A DNA stretch of 33,784 nt from Microthrixaceae bacterium (GTDB lineage Bacteria; Actinomycetota; Acidimicrobiia; Acidimicrobiales; Microtrichaceae). The translations under genes were made by a program, and so were the position numbers. Of this stretch, positions 18,585 through 28,201 are shown piece after piece. The first letter of the stretch is position 1. Every line of letters begins with the position of its first letter. Where the stretch lies: assembly GCA_007118345.1 (NCBI GenBank), contig SKRR01000011.1:1-33784 (forward strand). The letters run 5' to 3'. The notes under the pieces were generated by a model that was not told where the DNA came from, did no database searches, and saw only the letters and a list, made by a program, of their open reading frames with translations.

Positions 18585-20780
18585 GTGTTGACACGAGCAC
18601 GTCGTCGTCGAGAGGTGACCGAGGCTGAACGTGCTCGGCGCGACGCCGAGGACCGACTCGCACAAGTCCGCGTCGCCTACGACACGGCGCTCGCCGAGAC
18701 CGGAGTCGTGCTGTTCCAACGCACGGCGCCGGGCCACGACGCCTTCCACGTCTCGGCATCCTGCACCGCCGCGCTCGGTTGGGCACCTGCGACCTTCCTG
18801 ACCCCGGGGGTGCTGCGCGGACTCGTCCACCCGGACGACCTCGCCACATGGGACGCGGCGCTCAGCGGACAGACCGTCATCGATCTGACCCACGGCACCG
18901 ATCCGTCGGCCAAGGTGGCCTCCCCGGCGCTCGGTGCCGACCCGTCGCCGATCGTGAGGCTCCGCAGCGCCACCGGGCCCTGGCGGTACGTGCGGGTGGA
19001 GTCGGTGACGTCGGCTTCGGGCCTCACACGCGGTGCGCTCGTCGACGTCTCCGCGGACGAGACCCACCGCCACACGATGCGCAGGTTCGCCGAGGTGGTC
19101 GAACGCGACCCGTCCGGCTGTCTGCTGCTGGAGCTCCCCGACCCCACCGACCCGTCGTCGCTGGTCATCATCGCGGCGAACCGTGCTGCGCACGATCTGT
19201 TCCACCTCGACCCCGGCCTGGTCGGCATCGGCGCGCCGGCCACCCCGATCGACGCCGTGCTGGGCACCGCATCTGCGCAACTGGTGCGGGCCGCGGCGTT
19301 CGACGTGGCCCACACCGGCGAGCCCATGACCGCGGAGCGTCTCGCGCTGCTGGAGGTGCCGGGCACCTACCTCGACCTCCGGCTCGACCGGCTCGCCGAC
19401 GGGACCCTCGCCCTGCAGTTGACCGACGTGACCGCGACCGCCGCACTCGAGGAACGGTTGCGGCACCAGGCGTCCCACGACGCGCTCACCGGCCTGCCGA
19501 ACCGATCGCTGTTCGAGGACCGACTGGCCAGCGCGCTGTCCGGCGCATCTCACGACGCCCCCGCTGCGCTGGTGCTCGTCGACATCGACCGACTCCGTGA
19601 CCACAACGATGCGCTCGGGCTGCACCTCGGTGATGACCTACTCGTGCAGTTCGGACGCCGGCTGGTCCGCGAGGTCCGCGGCGCTGCGATCGTGTCGCGT
19701 ATCGGCGGCGACGAGTTCGCCGTGCTGACGGTGCCGTGCGCAGGCGTGGCCGAAGCCACTGAACGGGCGCACGCGGTGCGGTGCGCGCTCGCGGCCCCCT
19801 TCGACCTCGACGGCCACCTGGTGCACGTCAGGGCATCGGTGGGTGTCGCACTGACGCCGACCCACGGAAGCGACGCCAGATCGGTCCTGCGAATCGCCCA
19901 ACGGGCGCTCGACGCAGCCAAGAGCGTGCCGGAGGGCATCGTCGTTCACGACGGCGCCGAGCCGGAAGGGTCGATCCACCGGCTCGGTCTGCTCAGCGAG
20001 CTCCGACAGGGACTGGCGAACCGCGATCTCGAGCTTCGCTACCAGCCGCTGCTCGATCTCCGCAGCGGGCGGGTCGCCAAGGTCGAGGCGGTGCTGCGCT
20101 GGCGCCACGATCAGCACGGCGCCAGGTTGCCGGTCGAGTTCCTCGAGCTGGCGGAGCACTCGGGGTTGATCCAGCCGCTCACCCGCTGGGTCCTCGGCGA
20201 GACCGCCGATGCAGCCGCCGGCCTCGCACGCGCAGGTCACGACGTCGTGGTCAGCACCAACCTGTCGCTGCGGAACCTGTTCGATCCGGATCTGGAGCGA
20301 TTCCTCGTCCTGCTGATCGACAACGGCGAGCTCGACCCCACCTCGGTCGAGCTCGAGGTCGCCGAGACCGAGCTGATGGACGATCCGGTCCGCTCCCGCG
20401 AGGTGCTGGTTCGTCTGCACACACTCGGGCTCCGGATCGTCGTCGACGAGTTCGGCACCGGTTACACCTCGCTCGCAACGATGCAGCACCTGCCGGTCAG
20501 CGGACTCAAGATCGATCGCAGCTTCGTCGGCACCATCGCAGACGACCCGGCCGACGCGTCGATCGTGCGGTCGACGATCGAGCTGTGTCACGACCTGGGA
20601 CTCGGCGTGGCGGCCGACGGGGTTGCCGACGCCGGCACGTTGTCGATGCTCGCGGCGTTCGGCTGCGACCTGGCCCAGGGCCCGCACCTGTCCGAGCCGG
20701 TGACCGCACAGGCGCTCCCCGCTCGCATCAGCGAACTCGAATCGGCAGCGCGGGCCTGGTCCGGCGCACCGAACCACTGA
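18585..20780 (+). CDS. PAS-GGDEF-EAL c-di-GMP turnover protein
   Basis: PAS-like N-terminal repeats are followed by an intact GGDEF domain (ALTGLPNRSLFEDRL...LVLVDIDRLRDHND...RIGGDEFAV). An EAL domain follows (VEAVLRWRH...ELEVAETELMDD...VVDEFGTGYTSL...LKIDRSFV). The start is uncertain; the GTG at 18585 has no SD. Confidence 0.85.
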   Translation: MLTRARRRREVTEAERARRDAEDRLAQVRVAYDTALAETGVVLFQRTAPGHDAFHVSASCTAALGWAPATFLTPGVLRGLVHPDDLATWDAALSGQTVIDLTHGTDPSAKVASPALGADPSPIVRLRSATGPWRYVRVESVTSASGLTRGALVDVSADETHRHTMRRFAEVVERDPSGCLLLELPDPTDPSSLVIIAANRAAHDLFHLDPGLVGIGAPATPIDAVLGTASAQLVRAAAFDVAHTGEPMTAERLALLEVPGTYLDLRLDRLADGTLALQLTDVTATAALEERLRHQASHDALTGLPNRSLFEDRLASALSGASHDAPAALVLVDIDRLRDHNDALGLHLGDDLLVQFGRRLVREVRGAAIVSRIGGDEFAVLTVPCAGVAEATERAHAVRCALAAPFDLDGHLVHVRASVGVALTPTHGSDARSVLRIAQRALDAAKSVPEGIVVHDGAEPEGSIHRLGLLSELRQGLANRDLELRYQPLLDLRSGRVAKVEAVLRWRHDQHGARLPVEFLELAEHSGLIQPLTRWVLGETADAAAGLARAGHDVVVSTNLSLRNLFDPDLERFLVLLIDNGELDPTSVELEVAETELMDDPVRSREVLVRLHTLGLRIVVDEFGTGYTSLATMQHLPVSGLKIDRSFVGTIADDPADASIVRSTIELCHDLGLGVAADGVADAGTLSMLAAFGCDLAQGPHLSEPVTAQALPARISELESAARAWSGAPNH

Positions 20781-20790
20781 CGCCGAGCGG

Positions 20791-22401
20791 TCACACCCCT
20801 GCGGTGCGGGCGGCCCAGCGGTAGTCGGCCTTTCCGTTGGGGCCCCGCTCGATCTCGTCGACCACCACGACGCGTTTCGGGCACTTGTAGCCGGCGAGGT
20901 GCTGCTTGCAGTGCTCGACGAGATCGTCGGGTTCGACGGCGGACCCGGCCGACGCCGGGGACACCACTGCGGTGACCGCCTGGCCCCACCGCTCGTCGGG
21001 CACACCGACGACGTTGGCGTCGCCGACCATCGGGTGCAGCTTGAGGGTCTCCTCGACCTCCTCGGGGTACACCTTCTCGCCGCCGGTGTTGATGCAGACG
21101 GACCCACGGCCGAGGAGCGTGATGGTCCCGTCGGTCTCGACCGTCGCGTGGTCGCCCGGCATCGACCAGATCCGGCCACCGAAGGTGCGGAAGGTGCCGG
21201 CGGTCGCGTCGGGGTCCTTGTAGTAGCCGATCGGGATCGGCCCGCCGACGGCGAGCAGGCCCTGCTCGCCCGAACCGGGAGCGACCTCGTCGCCCGATTC
21301 GGTGAACACCCGAGCGTGCTCGCCCAGGCTGAACCGGGCAGTCGTCGCGGGCCGGTCCCGCTTCGCGACCGAGCTGGCGAACCCGACACCCTCGGAGGAC
21401 CCGAGCGTGTCGGCCAGGGTGGCGTCGCACCACTGCAGGAGCTCGTCCTTGGCCGTCTGGGACCACATCACCCCCGACGACACGATCACCTTGAGGGGCG
21501 ACAGGTCGTAGGGACGCCCGGCCGCCGAGGCACGTTCGAGCGCACGGAGGATCGGCGCGGCGAAGGCATCGCCCACGATGGTGAGCTGGGTGACCCGGTC
21601 GCGTTCCACGGTCCGGCACAACTCGTCGGCGTCGAACGAGCGCGACGCGAGCGTCACCACCGAGCCGCCGGCACTCAGCACGGCGATGGCGGTGATCGCC
21701 GACGTGCCGTGCATCAACGGAGCAGCGGGCAGCAACCGGACGGCCTTGTGGCGCTCGTGGAAGGTGCGAGCGGTGGCCGCGACCTGACGGGGGTCGGTGG
21801 GCACGGACGCCTTGACCACCGAGAACGTCGCCGCCGCGGTCTGCAGGAGGTTGCGGTGGGGCCACATGACCCCCTTCGGCATGCCCGTCGTGCCGCCCGT
21901 GTACAGGAACCACAGGTCGTTGCCCGAGCGCTCGATGCGGGCCATCGGCGTCGCAGCCGCAACCGCTGTCTCGTAGTCGAACGCCCAGGGTGGGCACGGG
22001 CGCTCGGCGTCGGCGCCGACGCACAGGTACAGCGTCAGGTCCGCCAACCTGGGGCGCACCGCGGCGAGCCGATCGGCGAAGTCGACGTCGAAGACCACCG
22101 CACGGGCATCGGAGTTGTCGAGGAGGTACTCGAGCTCGGCCTCGAGGTACCGGTAGTTGACGTTCACCGGCACCGCGCGGACCTTGAACGCCGCGAAGGT
22201 CGTCTCGAGGTACTCGTCGCCGTTGTAGAGGTAGCAGGCCACCTTGGCGTCGTGACCGATCCCGTTGGCGGCGAACACCTCGGCCAGCCGTGCGGCCCGC
22301 TGCTCGAAGGTCGACCAGGTGGTCACCCGGCCACCGCGCAGCAGCGCCGGTGCGTCCCCGACGGCGTCGGCCACCGCCTCCCAGACGGTCGCCAAGTTCA
22401 T
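20791..22401 (-). CDS. Fatty-acid-CoA ligase / acyl-CoA synthetase (FadD-like, AMP-binding)
   Basis: It has the AMP-binding motif LYTGGTTGMPKGV and the C-terminal GRGSVCINTGGEKVYPEEVE...KCPKRVVVVDEIERGPNGKADY. Three in-frame ATG starts (22467, 22422, 22401) lie within a DNA tandem repeat. The most downstream one (MNLATVWEAV...) is chosen by homology expectation, without SD support. Confidence 0.85.
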   Translation of the reverse strand: MNLATVWEAVADAVGDAPALLRGGRVTTWSTFEQRAARLAEVFAANGIGHDAKVACYLYNGDEYLETTFAAFKVRAVPVNVNYRYLEAELEYLLDNSDARAVVFDVDFADRLAAVRPRLADLTLYLCVGADAERPCPPWAFDYETAVAAATPMARIERSGNDLWFLYTGGTTGMPKGVMWPHRNLLQTAAATFSVVKASVPTDPRQVAATARTFHERHKAVRLLPAAPLMHGTSAITAIAVLSAGGSVVTLASRSFDADELCRTVERDRVTQLTIVGDAFAAPILRALERASAAGRPYDLSPLKVIVSSGVMWSQTAKDELLQWCDATLADTLGSSEGVGFASSVAKRDRPATTARFSLGEHARVFTESGDEVAPGSGEQGLLAVGGPIPIGYYKDPDATAGTFRTFGGRIWSMPGDHATVETDGTITLLGRGSVCINTGGEKVYPEEVEETLKLHPMVGDANVVGVPDERWGQAVTAVVSPASAGSAVEPDDLVEHCKQHLAGYKCPKRVVVVDEIERGPNGKADYRWAARTAGV

Positions 22402-22470
22402 TCCGTCGGCAGTGGAGCTCATACCGTCGGTGGCGGAGTTCGTTCCGTCGGCTGCGGGCGAGGACATTCC
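22396..22470. repeat. Imperfect 21-24-bp tandem repeat in 3 copies at the 5' end of the fadD-like gene, each carrying an in-frame ATG
   Basis: ttcattccgtcggcagtggagc / tcataccgtcggtggcggag / ttcgttccgtcggctgcgggcgaggacat on the + strand. On the minus strand this reads MSSPAADGTNSATDG-MSSTADG-MNL. Confidence 0.6.
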
Positions 22471-22535
22471 GCGAGACGATACGGTCCGAGCAGCGCGGTC
22501 GCACCATCTCGCGACCGTCGGCAAGGAGGATCGCC

Positions 22536-23837
22536 ATGCCAGCACGTCGAGTCGACACCGTCGCCGAGGCGGTCGAGTACATCCGACCCACCGACGACCT
22601 CGCCGTCGGGCTCGGACCCGGCCACCCGGTCGGGTTCCTGCACGGTCTCGGCGAACGCGACGACTGGGTCGACCTGCAGATGTTCGGCGCGCTGTTGACC
22701 GACCTGTACCCCGTGTTCACGAACCCGAACGTTCACTACCGCAGCGGGTTCTTCGGCCCCGCCGAACGGCTCCTGCGCGACAGCGGCGCCGACATCCAGT
22801 ACGTCCCGGCGGACTTTCGGCGGTTCGCCCCGATCGTCGAGCAGCTCGCCCCCCGTGTGATGGCCACCGCCGTGGCACCCCCGGACGCCGACGGGTACTG
22901 CTCCTTGTCGCTGCACGCCGGCGCACTCGTCGACGAACTGCACCGCACGGGCGCCGATCCCGAGCGGGTGCTCATCGTCGAACACTCGCCGCACTTCCCG
23001 CGCACCTTCGGGCTCCCCCCGGAACACCCGCACCGGCTTCACCTCGACGAGATCGACGTGATCGTCGAGACCGACGCCGCACCGATCAACCTGCCCGACG
23101 CCGAGGCCGACGACCTCGACCGGACCATCGCCGAGCTGGCGAACCGCTTCATCCCTGATGGCGCGACCCTCCAGACGGGCATCGGGGCGATCCCGTCGCT
23201 GATCGCGACCCTGCTCGCCGAGGGGTCGGGCGGCGGCTACGGCATCCACTCCGAGATGTTCACGACCGGACTGATGCGGCTGTACCAGGCGGGCAAGGTC
23301 ACCAACGCCGACAAGGGCGAGTTCGACGGCATCTCGGTGACCACCTTCGCCGCCGGGACCGCCGAGCTCTACGAGTGGCTCGACGGGAACGACCTGGTCC
23401 GGTTCCTGCCCGTCGACGTGGTCAACTCAGCTGACGTCATCGCGGAGAACCGGCACTTCGTGTCGATCAACGGTGCGACTGCGATCGACCTGTGGGGCCA
23501 GGTGGCTGCCGACACGATCGACGGCCGGCAGCACTCAGGAACCGGCGGCCACGAGGACTTCCTCGCCGGAGCCGGACTGCAGACCGACGACCGGTCGTTG
23601 CTCTGCTTGCGGTCGACCGCGATCGTCGACGGCGAACCCGTGTCCCGCATCGTCACGAACCTCGGGCCGGGGATGGCGGTCACCACCCCGCGACATCAGG
23701 TCGATGTGGTCATCACCGAGCACGGGGTCGCAGAGCTGAAGGGGCGCACCGTGCGGGAACGGGCGGTGGCGCTCAGCCAGATCGCGCACCCCGCGTTCCG
23801 CGCCGAGCTCACCGACGCCGGGTCAGCGCTCGGCTGA
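22536..23837 (+). CDS. Acetyl-CoA hydrolase/transferase family protein (Cat1/ScpC-like CoA-transferase)
   Basis: The 433-aa protein from the ATG at 22536 has a perfect AAGGAGG SD at -7. Family segments include ...SEMFTTGLMRLYQAGKVTN... and GTGGHEDF. The 5' 246 nt of the 515-aa track ORF are antisense to the fadD start region. Confidence 0.9.
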   Translation: MPARRVDTVAEAVEYIRPTDDLAVGLGPGHPVGFLHGLGERDDWVDLQMFGALLTDLYPVFTNPNVHYRSGFFGPAERLLRDSGADIQYVPADFRRFAPIVEQLAPRVMATAVAPPDADGYCSLSLHAGALVDELHRTGADPERVLIVEHSPHFPRTFGLPPEHPHRLHLDEIDVIVETDAAPINLPDAEADDLDRTIAELANRFIPDGATLQTGIGAIPSLIATLLAEGSGGGYGIHSEMFTTGLMRLYQAGKVTNADKGEFDGISVTTFAAGTAELYEWLDGNDLVRFLPVDVVNSADVIAENRHFVSINGATAIDLWGQVAADTIDGRQHSGTGGHEDFLAGAGLQTDDRSLLCLRSTAIVDGEPVSRIVTNLGPGMAVTTPRHQVDVVITEHGVAELKGRTVRERAVALSQIAHPAFRAELTDAGSALG

Positions 23838-26800
23838 GCCTCCCGGGGTCCGCGCCGGACGGCAGCGTCGCCATCCACACGGCGAACCGGTGCGGGCCGG
23901 AACCGATCCGATACTGCTCGAGCGCGTCGGGTCCGCACGACGCGGTGCCCAGCCCGCGATGGGCGACATCGAGCGAGAGGAACGTCCCCTGGGGCGCAGG
24001 AAGCTCATCGGTGTGGGTCGCTGACCACAACGTCGCGTCGTCGAACCGTCGGACCGACATGCCGACCGTCCCTGCGCCGACACCAGGGTCCACCACGACG
24101 AGCAGCCCGTCCGCGGCGTCTTCCGGCCTGAGGGCGAGCCACCTCACTCCCGTGCGGTGCCCGTGCTCCTGAGGCACGACGTGATCGACGTAGAGGTCGT
24201 CGATCGCCGCGGACCACCGACCCACCAGGGCAGCGGCGCGACGGTCCGGGTAACACTCGTGGGGCCCATCGCCGAACCACTCGACGGTGGCGAGGCCGGG
24301 GTCGAGCTCCCAGACGGTGCCGAGCCGTGGCGGGTCCTCCAGGACCGCCGGCAGCACGAGACGCACCTCGACGTGGACGGGCCCCTCCGCAGCGGGAGCC
24401 AGTACCCGCTCGACCGTCAGCGGATCGGAGGCGCCGGGCACCACCAGCCGTCCGCGCTCCACGAGGGCATCGCGGCCACGGACCGTCACCGTCGAGCGCT
24501 CGTCGACGTACCACTCCTCGCGATCGAGCCCCAGGCGGTCGATCCATCGAGCGAGCTGTCCGAGGTGACCTCGCATCCACCCCTGGCGCAGGCCGTCGTT
24601 GTCGGTCAGCGCTCGGAACATCGTCGGACGCCACGCCAGATCCTCGACGGTGACGGTCGAGGACCACGCCCGTGGCGACGTCGGACCGACCGCGCCGTCG
24701 GTCGCGACCGGCAGCTGGTCGTGCCCGACCTCGTGTCCCTTCGCCGCCCACGCCGTGGCGCGACGCTGGCGCCAGCGCACCGTCAGGTACCACTCGCTGC
24801 CGTCGTGTTCCGGACGCTCGACGGGCAACGGCACGGTGACCGAGGACCGGGGTGAGACGTCGGGAACCTCGAGTCGTCCGCTCGACACCTCGACACCGTC
24901 GGAGGTGAGCTGCCAGCGTGCCTCGAGGTCGTCGATCGTCGAGAACCACCTGCGGTTGTGCACCACCAGCCCGCCGTCGGGGGCCAGCGCCACCGAGGCC
25001 GGCCGGCCCACCCAGTGCACCTCCCGCAACGCCGGACGCGGTGTGCGATCAGCAGCCACGAGTCCGTCACAGACGAAGTTCGTGTCGTTCGGGTGGTCAC
25101 CGAAGTCGCCGCCGTAGCGCCACGAGGTACGCCCGCCCGGGCCGGATCCTGCCCCGGGATCGGTCAGCCCGTGTTCGACCCACTCCCAGATGAACCCGCC
25201 CTGAAGGCCGTGGTGGGTCTCGAAGGCCTCCCAGTAGTCCGACAACGACCCGTTGGAGTTGCCCATTGCGTGGGAGTACTCGCACAGGATCAGCGGACGT
25301 CGGTGGTCACGTCCCGACCTGGCCCACGCGACGATCTCCTCGATCGGCGCGTACATGGGGCACACCACGTCGGTGACGGGCGCCGGCGCGTAGAGGTCGT
25401 GCATGAGCGGACCCTCGTAGTGCAACGGCCGGGTCGGGTCGACCCGACGAACCGACGCGGCAGCGGCCGCCTGGGCCGGGCCGTCACCCGCCTCGTTGCC
25501 GAGCGACCACATGATGATCGACGGGTGTGACCGGTCGCGGCGCACCATCCGGTCGACACGGTTCACGATCGACGCGAGAAACCGTGGGTCGTGGCACAAC
25601 GACACCTGGCGGGCGTGGCTCTCGACGTTCGCCTCGTCGACGAGGTACAAGCCCAGTTCGTCGCACAACTCGGCGAGGTGTTCGTCGTGGGGGTAGTGGG
25701 CGGCCCGCACCGCGTTGAGGTTGTGCGCCTTCATCAGCTCGAGGTCGCGACGGGTCAGCGACTCGGTGACCGCACGACCACGCTGCGGATCGTGCTCGTG
25801 CAGGTTCACCCCGTGCAGCAGCACCGCAGCGCCGTTGATCCGTAGTTCGTTTCCCGCGACCTCCACCGAGCGGAACCCGGTCCAGCGCGCGACCGTCTCG
25901 ACGACCGATCCGGCCGGATCCGACAGTTCGACGACGATGCGGTGCCGAACCGGGTCCTCGTGCGACCACGGCGCCACGCCGGGCACCTCGATCTGCTCCT
26001 CGATCTCACCGGGACGGACGAACATTCCCGACAGCAGTTGTGCGACCTCGCTCGATGCGTCCCACACCGGCAGGTCCACCCGGTGGTCGACCAGCGGGCG
26101 TGTCCGGGCCGGCTGTCCGTTGCGGCCGTTGCGCAACACCCTGAACCGCACCGTCCACCCGGGTTCTCGCGCAGCTGGCCCTTCCACCCGCAGGTACAGG
26201 TCGAGCGTTCCCACCGCACCGTTCCAGCCCGGCACCGTCGCCATGTCGGCCAGCCGACTGGTCGCCGTCGAGTACAACGTGACCGAGCGCTGGATCCCGC
26301 CGTGCCACCACTGGTCCTGGTCCTCCAGCCACGTGGCGGCCGACCACCTGACCACCACCAGCACGATGGTGCTCGTCCGGCCGGGACGAACGTACCCCGT
26401 GAGGTCGAACTCGTTCGGCAGACGACTGTCGGTGCCAGCGCCGACGAAGCTCCCGTCGACCCAGACCCCGAGGAACGACTCGGCGCCGCCGACGCGCAGC
26501 ACGGTGCGCCGACCCCGCCAGTCGAGCGGCACCGTGACCCGCCGCCGGTGGATCCCGACGGGGTTGTCCTCGGGAACCGTCGGAGGATCGGCGTCGAAGG
26601 GCATGACCACGTTCGTGTAGTGCGGCGCGAGCAGCGGTCCGTCGTCGCGGAGCCCCGGGGTGGTCCAGGCACACGGCACGTTGACCTGCTGCCAGCCGTC
26701 GCCGTCACCCGCAACGAGCTCAGCGGTCACCGAGCTGGGCGAATCCACCATCCGCAGGTCCCACTCGCCGTCGAGCGGGCGCCACCACGGTGAGGTCACA

Positions 26801-26958
26801 GGCACGCCGTCCAGCGCGCCACCCAGATCCGGGAAGGGAACCAGCAGCGGGCGCAGCGGGAGTCGGCCCACCCCGTCCACGCCGGGGTCCGCGACGAGGG
26901 CGGCGAGCATCCGTCCGGTGTCGTCGGGTTCCCTGGCGGCTCGCCGACTCGGGCCCAT
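23809..26958 (-). CDS. lacZ: β-Galactosidase, glycoside hydrolase family 2 (LacZ-like)
   Basis: About 1050 aa with the GH2 catalytic regions HGVNLHEHDP...NAVRAAHYP and WSLGNEAG (acid/base Glu), plus ILCEYSHAMGNSNG (nucleophile Glu) and C-terminal LacZ domains. The ATG at 26958 lies 8 nt after the bcp stop with a GAGGTG SD. Confidence 0.9.
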   Translation of the reverse strand: MGPSRRAAREPDDTGRMLAALVADPGVDGVGRLPLRPLLVPFPDLGGALDGVPVTSPWWRPLDGEWDLRMVDSPSSVTAELVAGDGDGWQQVNVPCAWTTPGLRDDGPLLAPHYTNVVMPFDADPPTVPEDNPVGIHRRRVTVPLDWRGRRTVLRVGGAESFLGVWVDGSFVGAGTDSRLPNEFDLTGYVRPGRTSTIVLVVVRWSAATWLEDQDQWWHGGIQRSVTLYSTATSRLADMATVPGWNGAVGTLDLYLRVEGPAAREPGWTVRFRVLRNGRNGQPARTRPLVDHRVDLPVWDASSEVAQLLSGMFVRPGEIEEQIEVPGVAPWSHEDPVRHRIVVELSDPAGSVVETVARWTGFRSVEVAGNELRINGAAVLLHGVNLHEHDPQRGRAVTESLTRRDLELMKAHNLNAVRAAHYPHDEHLAELCDELGLYLVDEANVESHARQVSLCHDPRFLASIVNRVDRMVRRDRSHPSIIMWSLGNEAGDGPAQAAAAASVRRVDPTRPLHYEGPLMHDLYAPAPVTDVVCPMYAPIEEIVAWARSGRDHRRPLILCEYSHAMGNSNGSLSDYWEAFETHHGLQGGFIWEWVEHGLTDPGAGSGPGGRTSWRYGGDFGDHPNDTNFVCDGLVAADRTPRPALREVHWVGRPASVALAPDGGLVVHNRRWFSTIDDLEARWQLTSDGVEVSSGRLEVPDVSPRSSVTVPLPVERPEHDGSEWYLTVRWRQRRATAWAAKGHEVGHDQLPVATDGAVGPTSPRAWSSTVTVEDLAWRPTMFRALTDNDGLRQGWMRGHLGQLARWIDRLGLDREEWYVDERSTVTVRGRDALVERGRLVVPGASDPLTVERVLAPAAEGPVHVEVRLVLPAVLEDPPRLGTVWELDPGLATVEWFGDGPHECYPDRRAAALVGRWSAAIDDLYVDHVVPQEHGHRTGVRWLALRPEDAADGLLVVVDPGVGAGTVGMSVRRFDDATLWSATHTDELPAPQGTFLSLDVAHRGLGTASCGPDALEQYRIGSGPHRFAVWMATLPSGADPGRLSRALTRRR

Positions 26959-26965
26959 CGGCACC

Positions 26966-27427
26966 TCAGTCGGCGGCGCGCCGCGACCGCAGCACCTCGA
27001 GGGCGCGATCGGCGTGCACGTCCATGTTCATCTCCGAGCGCATCGCCTCGAGCACGGTGCCGTCCCGGTCGATCACGAAGGTGGCCCGCCGGTTCCACAG
27101 CGGCCCGGGCCGTGCGACACCGAACGCCGCGGCGGCGAGTCCGTCGACGTCCGACAGCAGCGGGTACCCGAGATCGTTGCGCTGGTCGAACGCCGCTTGT
27201 CGCTCGACGGGATCCGCTGAGACCCCCACGCGAGTGGCGCCGACCTCGGCGAACTCCGCTGCGAGATCACGGAAGTGACAGGACTCCTTCGTGCAGCCCG
27301 GCGTCATCGCCTTCGGGTAGAAGAACACCACCACCGGACCCTCACTGGTCAGCTCGGCCAGCCGCACCGTTGTTCCGTGCTGATCGGGCAGTTCGACATC
27401 GGGCACCTCGTCACCAGGGGTCAGCAT
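26966..27427 (-). CDS. bcp: Peroxiredoxin Bcp (thiol peroxidase)
   Basis: VVFFYPKAMTPGCTKESCHF carries the peroxidatic Cys in the Bcp context. The protein is 153 aa. Confidence 0.9.
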   Translation of the reverse strand: MLTPGDEVPDVELPDQHGTTVRLAELTSEGPVVVFFYPKAMTPGCTKESCHFRDLAAEFAEVGATRVGVSADPVERQAAFDQRNDLGYPLLSDVDGLAAAAFGVARPGPLWNRRATFVIDRDGTVLEAMRSEMNMDVHADRALEVLRSRRAAD

Positions 27428-27436
27428 CGCGGCAAC

Positions 27437-28195
27437 CTAGTCCTCGAGCGCGCCTGCACGGAGGGCGCCGACCGCTCCAGGGTCCAGGCCTGCCGTGACC
27501 AGGTAGTTCTCGGCACCGCCGTGCTCGTCACGGAGCCACTCGAGGGTCACCGCCATCGTCGCCGGCCGCGCCGACCAGACCCCCACCCGGAGTGTCTCGT
27601 CGTCGACGACCCCCTCCGGTCGTCCCATCGACCACAGCCAGTTCACCTGCACCGCGGTCGACCGTGACGAGCGCGCATAGTCCTCGACGATCTGATCGGC
27701 GGAGACACCCAGCGTGTCCAGCAGCAGCATCGTGAGCAGGCCGGTGCGGTCCTTGCCGACCGCACAGTGGTAGGCGACGGCTGCGTCGGGTGTGGACATC
27801 ACCTCGGCGACACCGCAGACGGCGCCGACGAGACGGTCGGAGAACTCGTCGAGGATGACCTGATACCGCTCGACGAGGAGGTCCGAGGGCACCCTCGTCG
27901 GCACCTCGTCCCAGGTGAAGGTGGGGTCGAGCACCGGGTGGTGCTCGACGTCGATCCCCTCGGCATCGAAGATGCCGTAGGCGTCGCGCTCCCGATCGTC
28001 GCGTAGGTCGAGCACCTTGGTCACGCCGTGGTCACGCAGCGCCCCGATGCTGGTCCGGGCCCGGTGCAGCGCATCGGCACGGATCAGACGACCGGCACGC
28101 ACGATGCGACCGTCGGCGGTCGTGATGCCGCCGAGGTCCCGGGCGTTGAAGATGCCGTCACGTGCCAGGACGGGCCGCAACGCAGGGGTGGGCAC
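27437..28195 (-). CDS. Protein tyrosine/serine phosphatase (Y_phosphatase3-like)
   Basis: The CX5R P-loop HCAVGKDRTG is present. It is 252 aa, with a 6-bp gap to the upstream gene and a 9-bp gap to bcp. Confidence 0.85.
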   Translation of the reverse strand: MPTPALRPVLARDGIFNARDLGGITTADGRIVRAGRLIRADALHRARTSIGALRDHGVTKVLDLRDDRERDAYGIFDAEGIDVEHHPVLDPTFTWDEVPTRVPSDLLVERYQVILDEFSDRLVGAVCGVAEVMSTPDAAVAYHCAVGKDRTGLLTMLLLDTLGVSADQIVEDYARSSRSTAVQVNWLWSMGRPEGVVDDETLRVGVWSARPATMAVTLEWLRDEHGGAENYLVTAGLDPGAVGALRAGALED

Positions 28196-28201
28196 GGCCG
28201 A

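Noticed and set aside
15559-18591. Assorted ORFs inside valS in other frames or on the other strand (15559..16338, 15878..17245, 17291..18232, 17524..18591)
   Set aside because: They have no motifs and Arg/Pro-rich composition. valS is unambiguous.
20588-22720. 710-aa minus and 599-aa + ORFs overlapping the fadD-like gene
   Set aside because: They are frame-shifted or antisense shadows. AMP-binding motifs are found only in the 20791..22401 minus frame.
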